Below are positions 48,052-57,230 of a stretch of 64,000 nucleotides of DNA, one piece after another. The stretch is from Candidatus Undivivens industriae (GTDB lineage Bacteria > Omnitrophota > Gorgyraeia > Gygaellales > Profunditerraquicolaceae): NCBI GenBank assembly GCA_012514745.1, contig JAAYZR010000015.1, positions 7,479-71,478 of the forward strand, read 5' to 3'. Made by a program: the position numbers and the translations under genes. The first letter of the stretch is position 1. Each line of letters begins with the position of its first letter. Below the pieces are notes generated by a model. It had not been told where the DNA came from. It ran no database searches and worked only from the letters and a program-made list of their open reading frames with translations.

Positions 48052-48083
48052 AGCTATTCCTTTTCAGTATAGGGATGACGCGG

Positions 48084-48341
48084 TTAGTTTTCCTCTTTAA
48101 CCATTTCGATGTCCTGTTTAGGACAAACGGAGGCGCAAAGACCGCACCCCTTGCAGAAATCCGGGTCGAATCTGTAGGTATTCTTCCCTTCTCCTTCTAT
48201 GCAGGCTTCGGGACAAACCAAAAGGCACATACGGCAGGCGATGCAGTTCTTCTGCAGGTATTTCGGCCTTTTTTCGGTCCGCCATGAACCTGTTTTATTA
48301 TTTTTGCTGGAACCGGGCTTGGAAATAAGTGGACCGAACAT
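48084..48341 (-). CDS. porD: Pyruvate:ferredoxin oxidoreductase delta (2×4Fe-4S ferredoxin) subunit
   Basis: 85 aa with two CxxCxxCxxxCP motifs. Confidence 0.8.
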   Translation of the reverse strand: MFGPLISKPGSSKNNKTGSWRTEKRPKYLQKNCIACRMCLLVCPEACIEGEGKNTYRFDPDFCKGCGLCASVCPKQDIEMVKEEN

Positions 48342-48901
48342 TATTTTACCTCGTTATATTTATGTTTCACGTACTCAAACCCCTCTTTTACCGACGCTAT
48401 ATTCCCATCCAACGCTTTACCGCTGAATCTCTTCTTGATCGCCTCCAGCAGCGCCTCCTGGCTGAACTCTCCGGTGGCTGCGGCAAACGCGCCAAGCAGG
48501 GCCGTGTTGGCCAGCGGCCTGCCGATAGTCTTCATGGCTATATCCGTCGCCGGAACCAGCAAGGCCTTCTGGCGCGCCGACAGTTTCGGGATTTCCACTT
48601 CGCCGTCCTTGCCGTTTATCACGGCGATGCCGGCGTCTTGCAGACCGGAAAAACAGTTGAACCCGCGCATCAGAGTCGGATCAATCACCAGCAGATAATC
48701 CGGTTCGTAAATTTGGCTGCGCAGGCGCACGGGTTTGGAATCCACCCGCACATACGCGTTCATCGGCGCTCCCATACGCGCGGCCCCAAAATTCGGAAAG
48801 GCGTAAGGATACATCCCCTGCAGGGAATAAACATACCCCAGCAACGAAGCCGTGGTAATGGCGCCCTGCCCCGCCCTTGCGTGAATACGTATTTCTTTCA
48901 T
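48341..48901 (-). CDS. porC: Pyruvate:ferredoxin oxidoreductase gamma subunit
   Basis: MKEIRIHARAGQGAITTASLLG… The start is at ATG 48901 (RBS AAGGAG). The track's longer ORF runs into a repeat element. Confidence 0.8.
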   Translation of the reverse strand: MKEIRIHARAGQGAITTASLLGYVYSLQGMYPYAFPNFGAARMGAPMNAYVRVDSKPVRLRSQIYEPDYLLVIDPTLMRGFNCFSGLQDAGIAVINGKDGEVEIPKLSARQKALLVPATDIAMKTIGRPLANTALLGAFAAATGEFSQEALLEAIKKRFSGKALDGNIASVKEGFEYVKHKYNEVK

Positions 48902-48973
48902 TATGGTTGCTCCTTGAGGAATGGAACTTCCCAGGCTGGTCCTTCGACTTTGCTCAAGCCCGGCACCCTGGGG

Positions 48974-49104
48974 TACATTCGGGATGAAAGACAAGTTGGG
49001 TTCTGTTGGTTACTGTAACCGAAAATCGAAAGTTGACCGTCTCGCCACTGAAGCGTTGGCGGTTTCGTGCGCTGTCCAAAAAACTTACTGAACAGCACAC
49101 TCCC
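48974..49104 (+). repeat. Family-2 mosaic intergenic element (about 131 bp), full copy A
   Basis: About 85 % identical to the reverse complement of 52335..52474. It contains GGTTACnGTAACC and GCCRCYGAAGCGTTGGCGG inverted repeats and the terminal hairpin GTGCGCTGT…ACAGCACAC. Confidence 0.85.
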
Positions 49105-49400
49105 CGGAATTCAAGAGGTTTTGTAGTATTTTACTGCCGCCCTCCGGGGCTGTCAAACATTATTTTTAAGACATAGGTGTAACTTGCTGCGGCAATTAAA
49201 GTTATAGCATACAGCCATCAAAAGGGCCCGGCAGGCGATTTCTACAGTAAAAGGAACGGATCTAAGCAGTTCAACAGTTTCACTACAAAGGGTTGTCGAA
49301 GGAGTCAACCGCGGCGCGCCGGGTAGATTGCTTCAAGAAGGACGGCCGACTTTCATCCGGCTTACCGCCTCCACTAACCGGGCCCCTCATAATGCGTTAT

Positions 49401-49720
49401 ATTTAATCCCCTCGCCCAGAAATCCCCGGGTTTTAACCCGGGGGTACCTTAGCCTATAGGATGGCTAAGTATTCACCTGTGTGTTATACCTTAGCCTATA
49501 GGAATAACACCCTGCCTTAAAGGAAAGGCAGGTGTTCACCAGTGTGAAAGTATTCGCTCGTGCGTTATACCTTGGCCAATTGGGATAACACCCTGCCTTT
49601 AAAGGAGAGGCAGGTGTTCACCAGTGTGAAAGTATTCGCTCGTGCGGTACACCTTAGCTTATTGGAAAGCTAAGTGTTCGCTCGTGCGAAGGAGCCGCGG
49701 GCTTTAGCCCGAGGGGCTCC
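49401..49720. repeat. Composite repeat region: 28-bp GGATTAAAT/CCGGGG module (inverted), a CCCCGGG hairpin, about 3 tandem ~82-bp units (49446..49688), and a GGAGCCGCGGGCTTTAGCCCGAGGGGCTCC hairpin
   Basis: Units: 49446..49487 (partial), 49488..49568, 49569..49650, 49651..49688 (partial). Each full unit contains CTGCCTTAAAGGAAAGGCAG and TTCACCAGTGTGAA hairpins. Confidence 0.8.
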
Positions 49721-49839
49721 ACAATAGTTACAACGCCGGATCTTTAAGTTCCTTGATCTCCAAACCCGAGAAGCTGATTTCCAGCGGACTGTTGATTTGC
49801 TGCGGTTTGATTAATTGGTACTGTGCGCTCGGCTCTGTT

Positions 49840-51132
49840 TTAGCGCCCTATTCCTTTATATAGGAATCCGAATCGCTCCATTGTCTCCGGATTAAAAATG
49901 TTCCTGCCGTCTATGATAAACCGGCTGCGCATCACTTTTTTAAGTTCGGCCGGGTCAAGGCGCCGGAATTCCTCCCATTCAGTAACTACCAGCAGACAAT
50001 CCGCTCCTGTGGCGGCGGCGTAGGCGTCACGGCAGAACTTCACCCCCTTTAATTCCCGCGCGGCTTTAGGCATCGCGTGCGGATCATAAGCCCGGATCCT
50101 GGCGCCTGAGCGCTGCAGCGTAACTATGAGCTCAAGAGCGATGGAATTACGTATGTCATCGGTGTTCGGTTTGAAGCTTAAGCCCAGCACGGCGATGGTC
50201 TTGTTTTTTATTTTACCGAGCCCAGCTTTTACTTTCTTGAAGACGACTTTCTTCTGCTCCTTGTTTATACTGCGCACTGCTTTCAGCAATTCAAAGTTAT
50301 AGCCTTTTTTCTGGGCGATATGAATAAAGGCGTCCAGGTCTTTGGGAAAACAATACCCCCCGAACCCGGCCCCGGCGTCGAGAAAAGAGGCGCCGATGCG
50401 CTTGTCGAGCCCCATGGCGTGCGCCACCTGCTTGACATCAGCCCCGACAAGCTCGCAAAGATTGGCCACGGCGTTTATAAAGGATATCTTGGTGGAAAGA
50501 AAACCGTTGCAGGCATGCTTGATGATCTCCGCCGTGGGAATATTGGTCACTACAACCGGGGCATTGATCGGGGCATAGAGCCTGCGCATTATCTTCCCGG
50601 CCTTCTCGCTTTCCACCCCTATCACAATGCGGTCGGGATGCATGGTATCGGAAATGGCCTGCCCCTCACGCAGGAACTCCGGGTTGGAGGCCACGTCGAA
50701 TTCGTATTTGCCGCGCGTTAACCTTTCCACGGTCTGCCGGATACGTTCCCCGGTCTGTACCGGGACCGTGGATTTAGCGACGATCACTTTGTAGCCGTTC
50801 ATAGACCCGGCGATCTCCTGCGCCGTATATTCCACCGCCGAAAGGTCCGCGCCGCCGTCAGCGTTGGCCGGCGTGCCCACGCAAATGAAAATAATATCCG
50901 ACTTGCGCGCGGCTTCTTTGATGCTGTGAATAAACCCTATCCTGCCGGACTTTCTGTTCTTTCTTATCAACTCATTCAGCCCGGGTTCATAAATGGGAAC
51001 GCCGCCTTTCCTCAGTCTTTCCAGTTTCCCGCGGTCGTTGTCCACGCAGAGCACTCTATTGCCGATCTCCGCTAAGCACGCCGCCGTCACCAATCCTACG
51101 TATCCGGCACCTATCACGCAGATGTTATACAT
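49840..51132 (-). CDS. ugd: UDP-glucose 6-dehydrogenase
   Basis: MYNICVIGAGYVGLVTAACLAEIG… with a catalytic Cys region (GFGGYCFPKD). Confidence 0.9.
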   Translation of the reverse strand: MYNICVIGAGYVGLVTAACLAEIGNRVLCVDNDRGKLERLRKGGVPIYEPGLNELIRKNRKSGRIGFIHSIKEAARKSDIIFICVGTPANADGGADLSAVEYTAQEIAGSMNGYKVIVAKSTVPVQTGERIRQTVERLTRGKYEFDVASNPEFLREGQAISDTMHPDRIVIGVESEKAGKIMRRLYAPINAPVVVTNIPTAEIIKHACNGFLSTKISFINAVANLCELVGADVKQVAHAMGLDKRIGASFLDAGAGFGGYCFPKDLDAFIHIAQKKGYNFELLKAVRSINKEQKKVVFKKVKAGLGKIKNKTIAVLGLSFKPNTDDIRNSIALELIVTLQRSGARIRAYDPHAMPKAARELKGVKFCRDAYAAATGADCLLVVTEWEEFRRLDPAELKKVMRSRFIIDGRNIFNPETMERFGFLYKGIGR

Positions 51133-51137
51133 TTAGA

Positions 51138-52148
51138 TTACTCCTTATCCTTCTTGCGTTTAGCGCCCTTCGAGTTCTTCTGCTGCCATTCCCACGCCGA
51201 GGATATTATCTGTTCCAGGCCGAGCTTGGGCCTCCAGCCAAAGAGTTCTTCGGCTTTAGCGTAGGAGGCCACCAGTTCCGCGGCGTCCCCGGGCCTGCGC
51301 GCGGCTATTTTGACCGGGAGGGGACTGCCGGTGATTTTTTCGACGGACGAGACCATTTCTTTGACGCTGTATCCCCTGCCGCTGCCCAAGTTTAAGGCGG
51401 CGTTTTTCACGCTCTTGTCCAGCGCCTCCAAGGCCAGTAAATGCGCCCGGGCCAAATCCATCACGTGTATGTAATCCCTGATACAGGTACCGTCGCGCGT
51501 GGGATAGTCATCCCCGAAGATGTTCAATGCCGGGATATCACCCGCCGCCGCCTTCAGCGCGTTGGGAAGTAGATGCGTCGCCTCTTCAAGCGGCTGCCCT
51601 ATCCTGCCGCTCGGGTGCGCTCCGGAAACGTTGAAGTAACGCAAAGCCAGATAATCCATCTTTCCGGCGGCGGCGCAGTCACGCAATATCTGCTCCACCA
51701 TCATCTTGGAAGTTCCATAAGGGTTCTCCGGCCGCAGGGGGGCTTCCTCGTTCACCGGCACCAGCTCCGGCTGTCCGTAAACCGCGGCCGAGGAAGAAAA
51801 AATGAATTTGCGCGCGCCGTGCTTCAGGCAATGTTGAAGCAGGTTGACAGATCCCCAGACGTTGTTGTCGTAGTACTTCAACGGCTCGCTCACCGACTCC
51901 GGGACCACTATCGAGGCCGCGAAATGCAAGACGGCATCGAAGCGGAAGCGCGAAAAAAGATTCTCCAGATCCTGCGCGGACCGCAGATCGCCCCGCACGA
52001 ATTCCACGCCCTCCGGGACGCGCTCCCTCCTGCCGGTAGATAGATCGTCGAACACCACCGCTTCTCTTCCCTGCTCAAGCAAGAGGCTCAACATATGCGA
52101 ACCGATATACCCGGCACCGCCGGTGATCAGAATGAGGTCATTTTTCAA
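51138..52148 (-). CDS. galE: UDP-glucose 4-epimerase (NAD-dependent epimerase/dehydratase)
   Basis: ITGGAGYIGSH…YxxxK. The likely start is TTG 52148 (GGAG RBS). The track ORF's first 13 aa derive from a degenerate REP. Confidence 0.8.
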   Translation of the reverse strand: MKNDLILITGGAGYIGSHMLSLLLEQGREAVVFDDLSTGRRERVPEGVEFVRGDLRSAQDLENLFSRFRFDAVLHFAASIVVPESVSEPLKYYDNNVWGSVNLLQHCLKHGARKFIFSSSAAVYGQPELVPVNEEAPLRPENPYGTSKMMVEQILRDCAAAGKMDYLALRYFNVSGAHPSGRIGQPLEEATHLLPNALKAAAGDIPALNIFGDDYPTRDGTCIRDYIHVMDLARAHLLALEALDKSVKNAALNLGSGRGYSVKEMVSSVEKITGSPLPVKIAARRPGDAAELVASYAKAEELFGWRPKLGLEQIISSAWEWQQKNSKGAKRKKDKE

Positions 52149-52160
52149 CGTTAACTCCGT

Positions 52161-52185
52161 AACTCCGGGGACACGATACTTAATC
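52161..52185. repeat. Degenerate single REP (AACTCCGGGGACACGATACTTAATC) at the galE 5′ end
   Basis: 3 mismatches to the consensus. Confidence 0.7.
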
Positions 52186-52334
52186 AAGCCGCAGAATGCG
52201 GCGCAGGTTACCCCGTAGAGTGCCGGGAAAATGTCGAAGAGATTTCCCCGGTATCTTACGACATGGGGTTAATTTGGGAAGCTCCCCAAGGGGAGCTTCA
52301 TTACTCGGTAACGCTTACGGTCACGAAGCCCGTT

Positions 52335-52474
52335 AGTGCGCTGTTTGATAAGTTTTTTACAGCACACAGAGGCCGCCAACGCTTCGGCGGCGGGACGGTC
52401 AAATTTCGCCTTTCGATTTTCGGTTACGGTAACCAACAGAACCCAACTTATCTTTTTCCCCGAATGGGTCCCCC
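52335..52474 (-). repeat. Family-2 mosaic intergenic element, full copy B (inverted relative to A)
   Basis: Hand alignment with copy A across its full length. Terminal hairpin GTGCGCTGTTTGATAAG…CAGCACAC. Confidence 0.85.
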
Positions 52475-52727
52475 TCCGCTTTTTCCTCCCCTCGATGAGG
52501 AGGATTTAGGAGAGATATTAATCTTCCCTGTCCTCCGATGGAGAGAATGAAGGAGGGGTACAAGACTAAAAACAAGGGCATTGTAACCGGGAAACGACAG
52601 CCGAGATTTAATCAAACCGCAGAAATCCCTGCTTTTCAAGCCGGTTATAAGAAACAATCTTAAGGATTGGAGCCGGATTTTTCAATGCTTATTTTGAACA
52701 TAAAGGATATTTGCTGCTTAATATTCT

Positions 52728-53858
52728 TTATCTTACCGCTTTTTTAAGCAGTAGCAGGGCGAGACGAATGCGGTTTTTCATCCCGCGGTTCCGCCAGACG
52801 CAAAGCAAATAATGCATGAACACAGGTAATATGCCCCGTACCGGAAGGCCGAATATTATCCCGCAGGCCCGGTCGTTTGCCATCGGGATGATATAGCCCG
52901 GGTCAAAAGTCCGGTATTCCCTCGGCGGAAGCGAATCCATATCGTTTAGGATATTCCTGGCGCAGGATTCGCCCTGGGTGATGGCGAATTGCACCGACAT
53001 ACGTAAACAACCCTGCCCTGCGGATAAACAGGCGTTGTCCCCGGCGGCAAAACACGTCCGGGATATCCGCAGACACTCATCTACCTTCAGTCTGCCTTGC
53101 GGCGTGCGCCGCGCGGGAATACGGTCTATAAAATCCGGCGTCTTTACCCCGGCCGCCCAAACCACGATGCTTTTGCCGAAAACACTTCCGTCGGAAAGCA
53201 CGCTCCTGCCGGCGCGCGTCTCAGTAACGGAAAGCCCCGTCTTCACTTCTATCCCGCAGGCGGCGAGATCGTCCTTAACGTAAACCTTCATCCATTCCGG
53301 CAACGGGCCCAGGATCGACGGGGATTTTTCTACGATGATTATCCGGCTCCTGCGCCGTTTTTCGCGCAGGAAAAGCGAAAGATTGGAAGCGATCTCGATG
53401 CCGGTATAACCTCCCCCGGCAACCAGGTAATTATCATAACAACCGATTTCGAGGGCCTGGCGGAGTTTCAGGGCGTCGGAAACATTGTCAAGTTTATAAG
53501 TTGACTCGGACAGGGAGACATTCCCGTGGAAATCGGTTTCCGTGCCGCAGGCAAGCAGGAGATAATCGCAGTCGATATTCAGCCCGCTTCCCAGGTGCAG
53601 GCTTCTGCCGTCGGGTGAGACCGCCTGGGCGATATCCTGAATGAAACGCGCCTTTAATCCCGAACAGATATCCTTAAAAGGATATGCCATCAGCCCCGCC
53701 GGGATGCCTCTACCCAGAACGTCCGGCAGCAGAGGCAAGAAATTAAAACACTGTCTCCTGTCCACCAGCGCCGTTTCCAGGTTTTTACCGCGGCGGGACA
53801 ATATCCCGGCAGCAGCCAGCCCGGCGAATCCTCCCCCGACTATCACTACTCGTTTCAT
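52728..53858 (-). CDS. FAD/NAD(P)-binding oxidoreductase, NDH-2 (type II NADH dehydrogenase) family
   Basis: MKRVVIVGGGFAGLAAAG… and a second dinucleotide-binding motif (YLVAGGGYTGIE). Confidence 0.7.
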   Translation of the reverse strand: MKRVVIVGGGFAGLAAAGILSRRGKNLETALVDRRQCFNFLPLLPDVLGRGIPAGLMAYPFKDICSGLKARFIQDIAQAVSPDGRSLHLGSGLNIDCDYLLLACGTETDFHGNVSLSESTYKLDNVSDALKLRQALEIGCYDNYLVAGGGYTGIEIASNLSLFLREKRRRSRIIIVEKSPSILGPLPEWMKVYVKDDLAACGIEVKTGLSVTETRAGRSVLSDGSVFGKSIVVWAAGVKTPDFIDRIPARRTPQGRLKVDECLRISRTCFAAGDNACLSAGQGCLRMSVQFAITQGESCARNILNDMDSLPPREYRTFDPGYIIPMANDRACGIIFGLPVRGILPVFMHYLLCVWRNRGMKNRIRLALLLLKKAVR

Positions 53859-53985
53859 AACACAGATTCTATCATAAACTTCCTTTGAGCTTAAGGTATA
53901 TTTATTCCCCGGCCCGGATACCGGAGCAAATATACATCCTTTTTAAGAAAGCCGGTATTCAGCATGGCGTATAGAACGAACACCT

Positions 53986-55485
53986 TTAAGGCTGGGCCAT
54001 GCTTCTATATGTTCCGGAGAGGATCCTTCTGCAGGCGAGGTCGGCGCTGATCAGGCACATCGGCACGCCGATGCCGGGGAGAGTGTTGCCTCCGGCATAG
54101 AACAGGTTGCGTATTTTCCTGCTCCTGTTAGCCGGCCTGAACATCGCGGTCTGCCCGAGAGTGTGCGCCAGCCCGAGCGCGGAGCCGCGGAAACTGTGGT
54201 AACGCGAAACGAAGTCCTTCACGCAAAAATGATGTTTGACCTGCAGTCTTGACCGCAGAGACGGGATATTCATTTCTTTTTCCATCATGTGCAGTATCCT
54301 GTCCGTATAGGCGGACAATTCCCCGGGCCCGTATTCCAGCCCGGCAGGGATCGGCACGAAAACGAACAGGTTCTCCTTGCCGCGCGGCGCGACGGCGGGG
54401 TCGGTTTTGGAGGGGCAGCAGACGTAGAAAGAGGGATCCCGCGGCCAGCGCGGCTCGTCGAAGATGTCGGAAAAGTTCTTCCCCCAGTCCGCGCTGAACA
54501 ACAGGTTGTGATGAGCGAGCGAAGGTATCTTGTCTTTCACTCCCAGATAAAGCACAAGCCCGGAAGGAGCGACGACCCGCGTCCGCCAGTAACGCCGGCT
54601 GTAACTGCGCAGACGCTGTTCTTTGATCAAATCCGTCTCGGTATGATAAATGTCCGCGTTGGAGATGACGACATCCGCGGGCACCTTATCCCCGGCTGCC
54701 AGCTCGATGCCGTCGGCCAGGCTGCCATAGGTCAGTATGCGCGAAACGTCCGAGTTATAATGGAACTGCGCCCCGGAGCGGGCCGCTATTTTTTCCAACG
54801 CCTCGACGATCTTGTAAAGCCCTCCCTGTGGATAGAAAACACCCATATCCAGGTCAACGTGGCTCATGATATTGTAGAATGCCGGGGTGTTATACGGAGA
54901 ACTTCCCAAAAACACCAGCGTGTACTGGGCGACCTTCTGCATCTGCGGACTCTTGAAGAACCTGCCGACATAATCCTGCATACGGCTGAAAACTGAAAGC
55001 TTGACGCCCTGACTGAGCATGCGCCAGTTGAAAAAATCCAGCGGCGAGTCGTAATTACGCCAGACGAACTTACCCATGGCGATATTATACTGGTAAGCGG
55101 CCATCTTCAGGTATTCGCGCAGCCTCTGCCCGGCTCCCGGTTCCAGAGAATCCGCCGTCTGCGCGTCGCGCGCGAGGTCGGAGTAGAAATCCACCTGCCT
55201 TCCTCCCTTAAAAAAGACCCGGTAAGAAGGGCTCAATTTCACCAGTTCCAGGTGGTCATCCACACGCTCATTGAGAAGCGCGAAAAATTTCTCGAAGATG
55301 TCCGGCATAAGGTACCAGGACGGCCCCATATCATAGACAAAACCCTGGGCCTCCATAATATTGCAGCGCCCGCCGGCTTTGCGGTTATTGTCGAACACTT
55401 TCACATCCCACCCTTCTTTGGCAAGGATGCAGGCTGACGCCAGGCCGCCGATGCCGGCCCCGATGACCGCGGCTTTCTTCTTCAT
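53986..55485 (-). CDS. crtI: Phytoene desaturase family protein (CrtI/CrtN-like)
   Basis: AAVIGAGIGGLASA…GGRC…, 499 aa, with a C-terminal FAD motif …YAGGNTLPGIGVP…. Confidence 0.8.
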   Translation of the reverse strand: MKKKAAVIGAGIGGLASACILAKEGWDVKVFDNNRKAGGRCNIMEAQGFVYDMGPSWYLMPDIFEKFFALLNERVDDHLELVKLSPSYRVFFKGGRQVDFYSDLARDAQTADSLEPGAGQRLREYLKMAAYQYNIAMGKFVWRNYDSPLDFFNWRMLSQGVKLSVFSRMQDYVGRFFKSPQMQKVAQYTLVFLGSSPYNTPAFYNIMSHVDLDMGVFYPQGGLYKIVEALEKIAARSGAQFHYNSDVSRILTYGSLADGIELAAGDKVPADVVISNADIYHTETDLIKEQRLRSYSRRYWRTRVVAPSGLVLYLGVKDKIPSLAHHNLLFSADWGKNFSDIFDEPRWPRDPSFYVCCPSKTDPAVAPRGKENLFVFVPIPAGLEYGPGELSAYTDRILHMMEKEMNIPSLRSRLQVKHHFCVKDFVSRYHSFRGSALGLAHTLGQTAMFRPANRSRKIRNLFYAGGNTLPGIGVPMCLISADLACRRILSGTYRSMAQP

Positions 55486-56372
55486 ATATTTCCTCCGGGC
55501 AAAGTTAAAAGCGTTCTTAAAGCCAGAACCGTTTTCTCGGCCGTCCCGCTGCGGGCGCGGCCCAGGAATATGTTATAATCCATCTGTTTTATCTTCACCA
55601 GGATGCGGCTGTAGAAAGCCGAGGCCACGCGCACCGCCAGCCTGCCGCGCTTGTCCAGCATGGCGATCCCGGGCTGGGCGCGGCGGTAAAGCCCCGCAGA
55701 ACGCTCTACCTGTAATTTCATAAAATCCCGGAATGCCGGCGAGAAACGCCTGCGCGCGATGTCTTCACGCGAAAGCCCGCAGGCAGCCAGCTCGTCGCGC
55801 GGCATGTATATCCTTCCCCTCTGCCGGTAATCCTCGTCTATATCGCGCAGAAAATTGGTCAGCTGCATCGCTTCTCCCAGGCAGGAGGCGTATTCCAGCG
55901 CGCGCGGGTCGTTGAAACCGATGATATAACAAAGCATCAATCCCACCACGCAGGCCGAGCCGTACATATATTCGCGCAATTCTGCGTAATTCGCGTATTC
56001 CCGCTTCTCGCTATCCATGAACATCGAGCGGAAGAAATCCTCGCTGTAACCATAGGGGATATTATGTCTGCGAAACGCGCTCAGCGCCGAACGCAGGACA
56101 GGTTCATCCGAAACATCCTTGCGGCAGGCGACGCGCCATTTCCCCAGCCAGGCGGAAAGCTCTGCCTTTATGCGCTCTTCGCCGCCGGAACGGTTATTGT
56201 CCGCGATCTCATCGGGGACGCGCAGAAAGGCGTAAAGCGCATAGACGGAACGGCGCAATTCCGCCGGGAAAAAAGCGGCGGCGTAATAATAATTCAACCC
56301 GTGCTTTTTGTTGAGCGAACGGCAGATCCGCAGATCCTCTTTTTCCGTGCCGGAAACTACAGACATATTCAC
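55482..56372 (-). CDS. crtB: Phytoene/squalene synthase family protein
   Basis: …YYYAAAFFP…YAFLRVPDEIAD… and a second Asp-rich motif (RDIDED). Confidence 0.8.
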   Translation of the reverse strand: MNMSVVSGTEKEDLRICRSLNKKHGLNYYYAAAFFPAELRRSVYALYAFLRVPDEIADNNRSGGEERIKAELSAWLGKWRVACRKDVSDEPVLRSALSAFRRHNIPYGYSEDFFRSMFMDSEKREYANYAELREYMYGSACVVGLMLCYIIGFNDPRALEYASCLGEAMQLTNFLRDIDEDYRQRGRIYMPRDELAACGLSREDIARRRFSPAFRDFMKLQVERSAGLYRRAQPGIAMLDKRGRLAVRVASAFYSRILVKIKQMDYNIFLGRARSGTAEKTVLALRTLLTLPGGNI

Positions 56373-56662
56373 CGATTTTGCGCTTTTTCCCAGACGATCA
56401 GGCAGAAGCCGACCATACTGAAACCGAAGAGAAAATCCTCCAACGGGATGCTCCCCAGCCTTATACCGGAGAACATCGCCGGGTTATAGATAACTATTAG
56501 TCGCGAGGTAAGATATCCGTTCACCAGCAGTTTAAAGAAAAAAATCACCGCCAGGAAAACGTAAAAGAGGCGGTTCTTCATCAGCCCGGTCCGGAAGATC
56601 CTGTCCATTACCGGGATCGCCGCGGCAAAAATGATTGCGAGCAGGGTATATTCCCGCATCAC
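56369..56662 (-). CDS. Lycopene cyclase domain protein (heterodimeric CrtYd-type subunit)
   Basis: 97-aa membrane protein with a lycopene_cycl-domain-like PLEDFLFGF motif. Confidence 0.6.
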   Translation of the reverse strand: MMREYTLLAIIFAAAIPVMDRIFRTGLMKNRLFYVFLAVIFFFKLLVNGYLTSRLIVIYNPAMFSGIRLGSIPLEDFLFGFSMVGFCLIVWEKAQNR

Positions 56663-56973
56663 GCCTTCCTGTATTTGCGTTCCAGATACTTGAGAGTTTC
56701 CCAGGTAAAAAGACAGCAGAACGGTATGACCACAAAGAAAAGTATTTCCTCAAGCGGGAGGCCGAGGAAACGGAACGGCCGCACCGCCTCCTGACGAAAA
56801 GACCAATGGCCGCGAGCGGCCGCCAGGACATCCCAGCCGCCGAAAACCAGCAAAGTAGCGCCTATCGCGGCGGTAAACGCCGAAAAACGACGGTAGAATT
56901 TTAAAGGAGGCCAGAAACTAAGAAGCAGCGGCAGGGAAAGGGAAATCAAAAGAACCGCCATGTATTCCGACAT
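56659..56973 (-). CDS. Lycopene cyclase domain protein (heterodimeric CrtYc-type subunit)
   Basis: 104-aa membrane protein with a …LGLPLEEILFFVVIP… motif. It overlaps its partner by 4 nt. Confidence 0.6.
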   Translation of the reverse strand: MSEYMAVLLISLSLPLLLSFWPPLKFYRRFSAFTAAIGATLLVFGGWDVLAAARGHWSFRQEAVRPFRFLGLPLEEILFFVVIPFCCLFTWETLKYLERKYRKA

Positions 56974-57230
56974 GACCTTATTTTATCCTAACCGCCGAAT
57001 ACGTCAACAGTATTTAAAGGTCTTGTGTCTTGTGCCGTATCTTTGTCTTTTTTGTCGAGCGTTTCATCATCACACAATCGAACACTTGACAATCCAATAA
57101 GCTAAGGTGTAGGCCCGACACCTCAAAAATGCATGGCGTTTTAGACTATTCGGGGGAGGCACTTATGCCGCAGCTCTCTGCGGCAGCTAAAATAAAAGAC
57201 ACCCGGGGCCGCGACGGGACAAGACAATAA

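Noticed and set aside
47143-49018. Plus-strand ORFs 47143..48030 and 48329..49018
   Set aside because: They are antisense to porA and porC/porD.
49446-49688. Possible CRISPR array
   Set aside because: The tandem units are contiguous and about 90 % similar to each other across their whole length. There are no unique spacers, no cas genes in the window, and the unit length (81–82 bp) is outside CRISPR repeat-plus-spacer periodicity.
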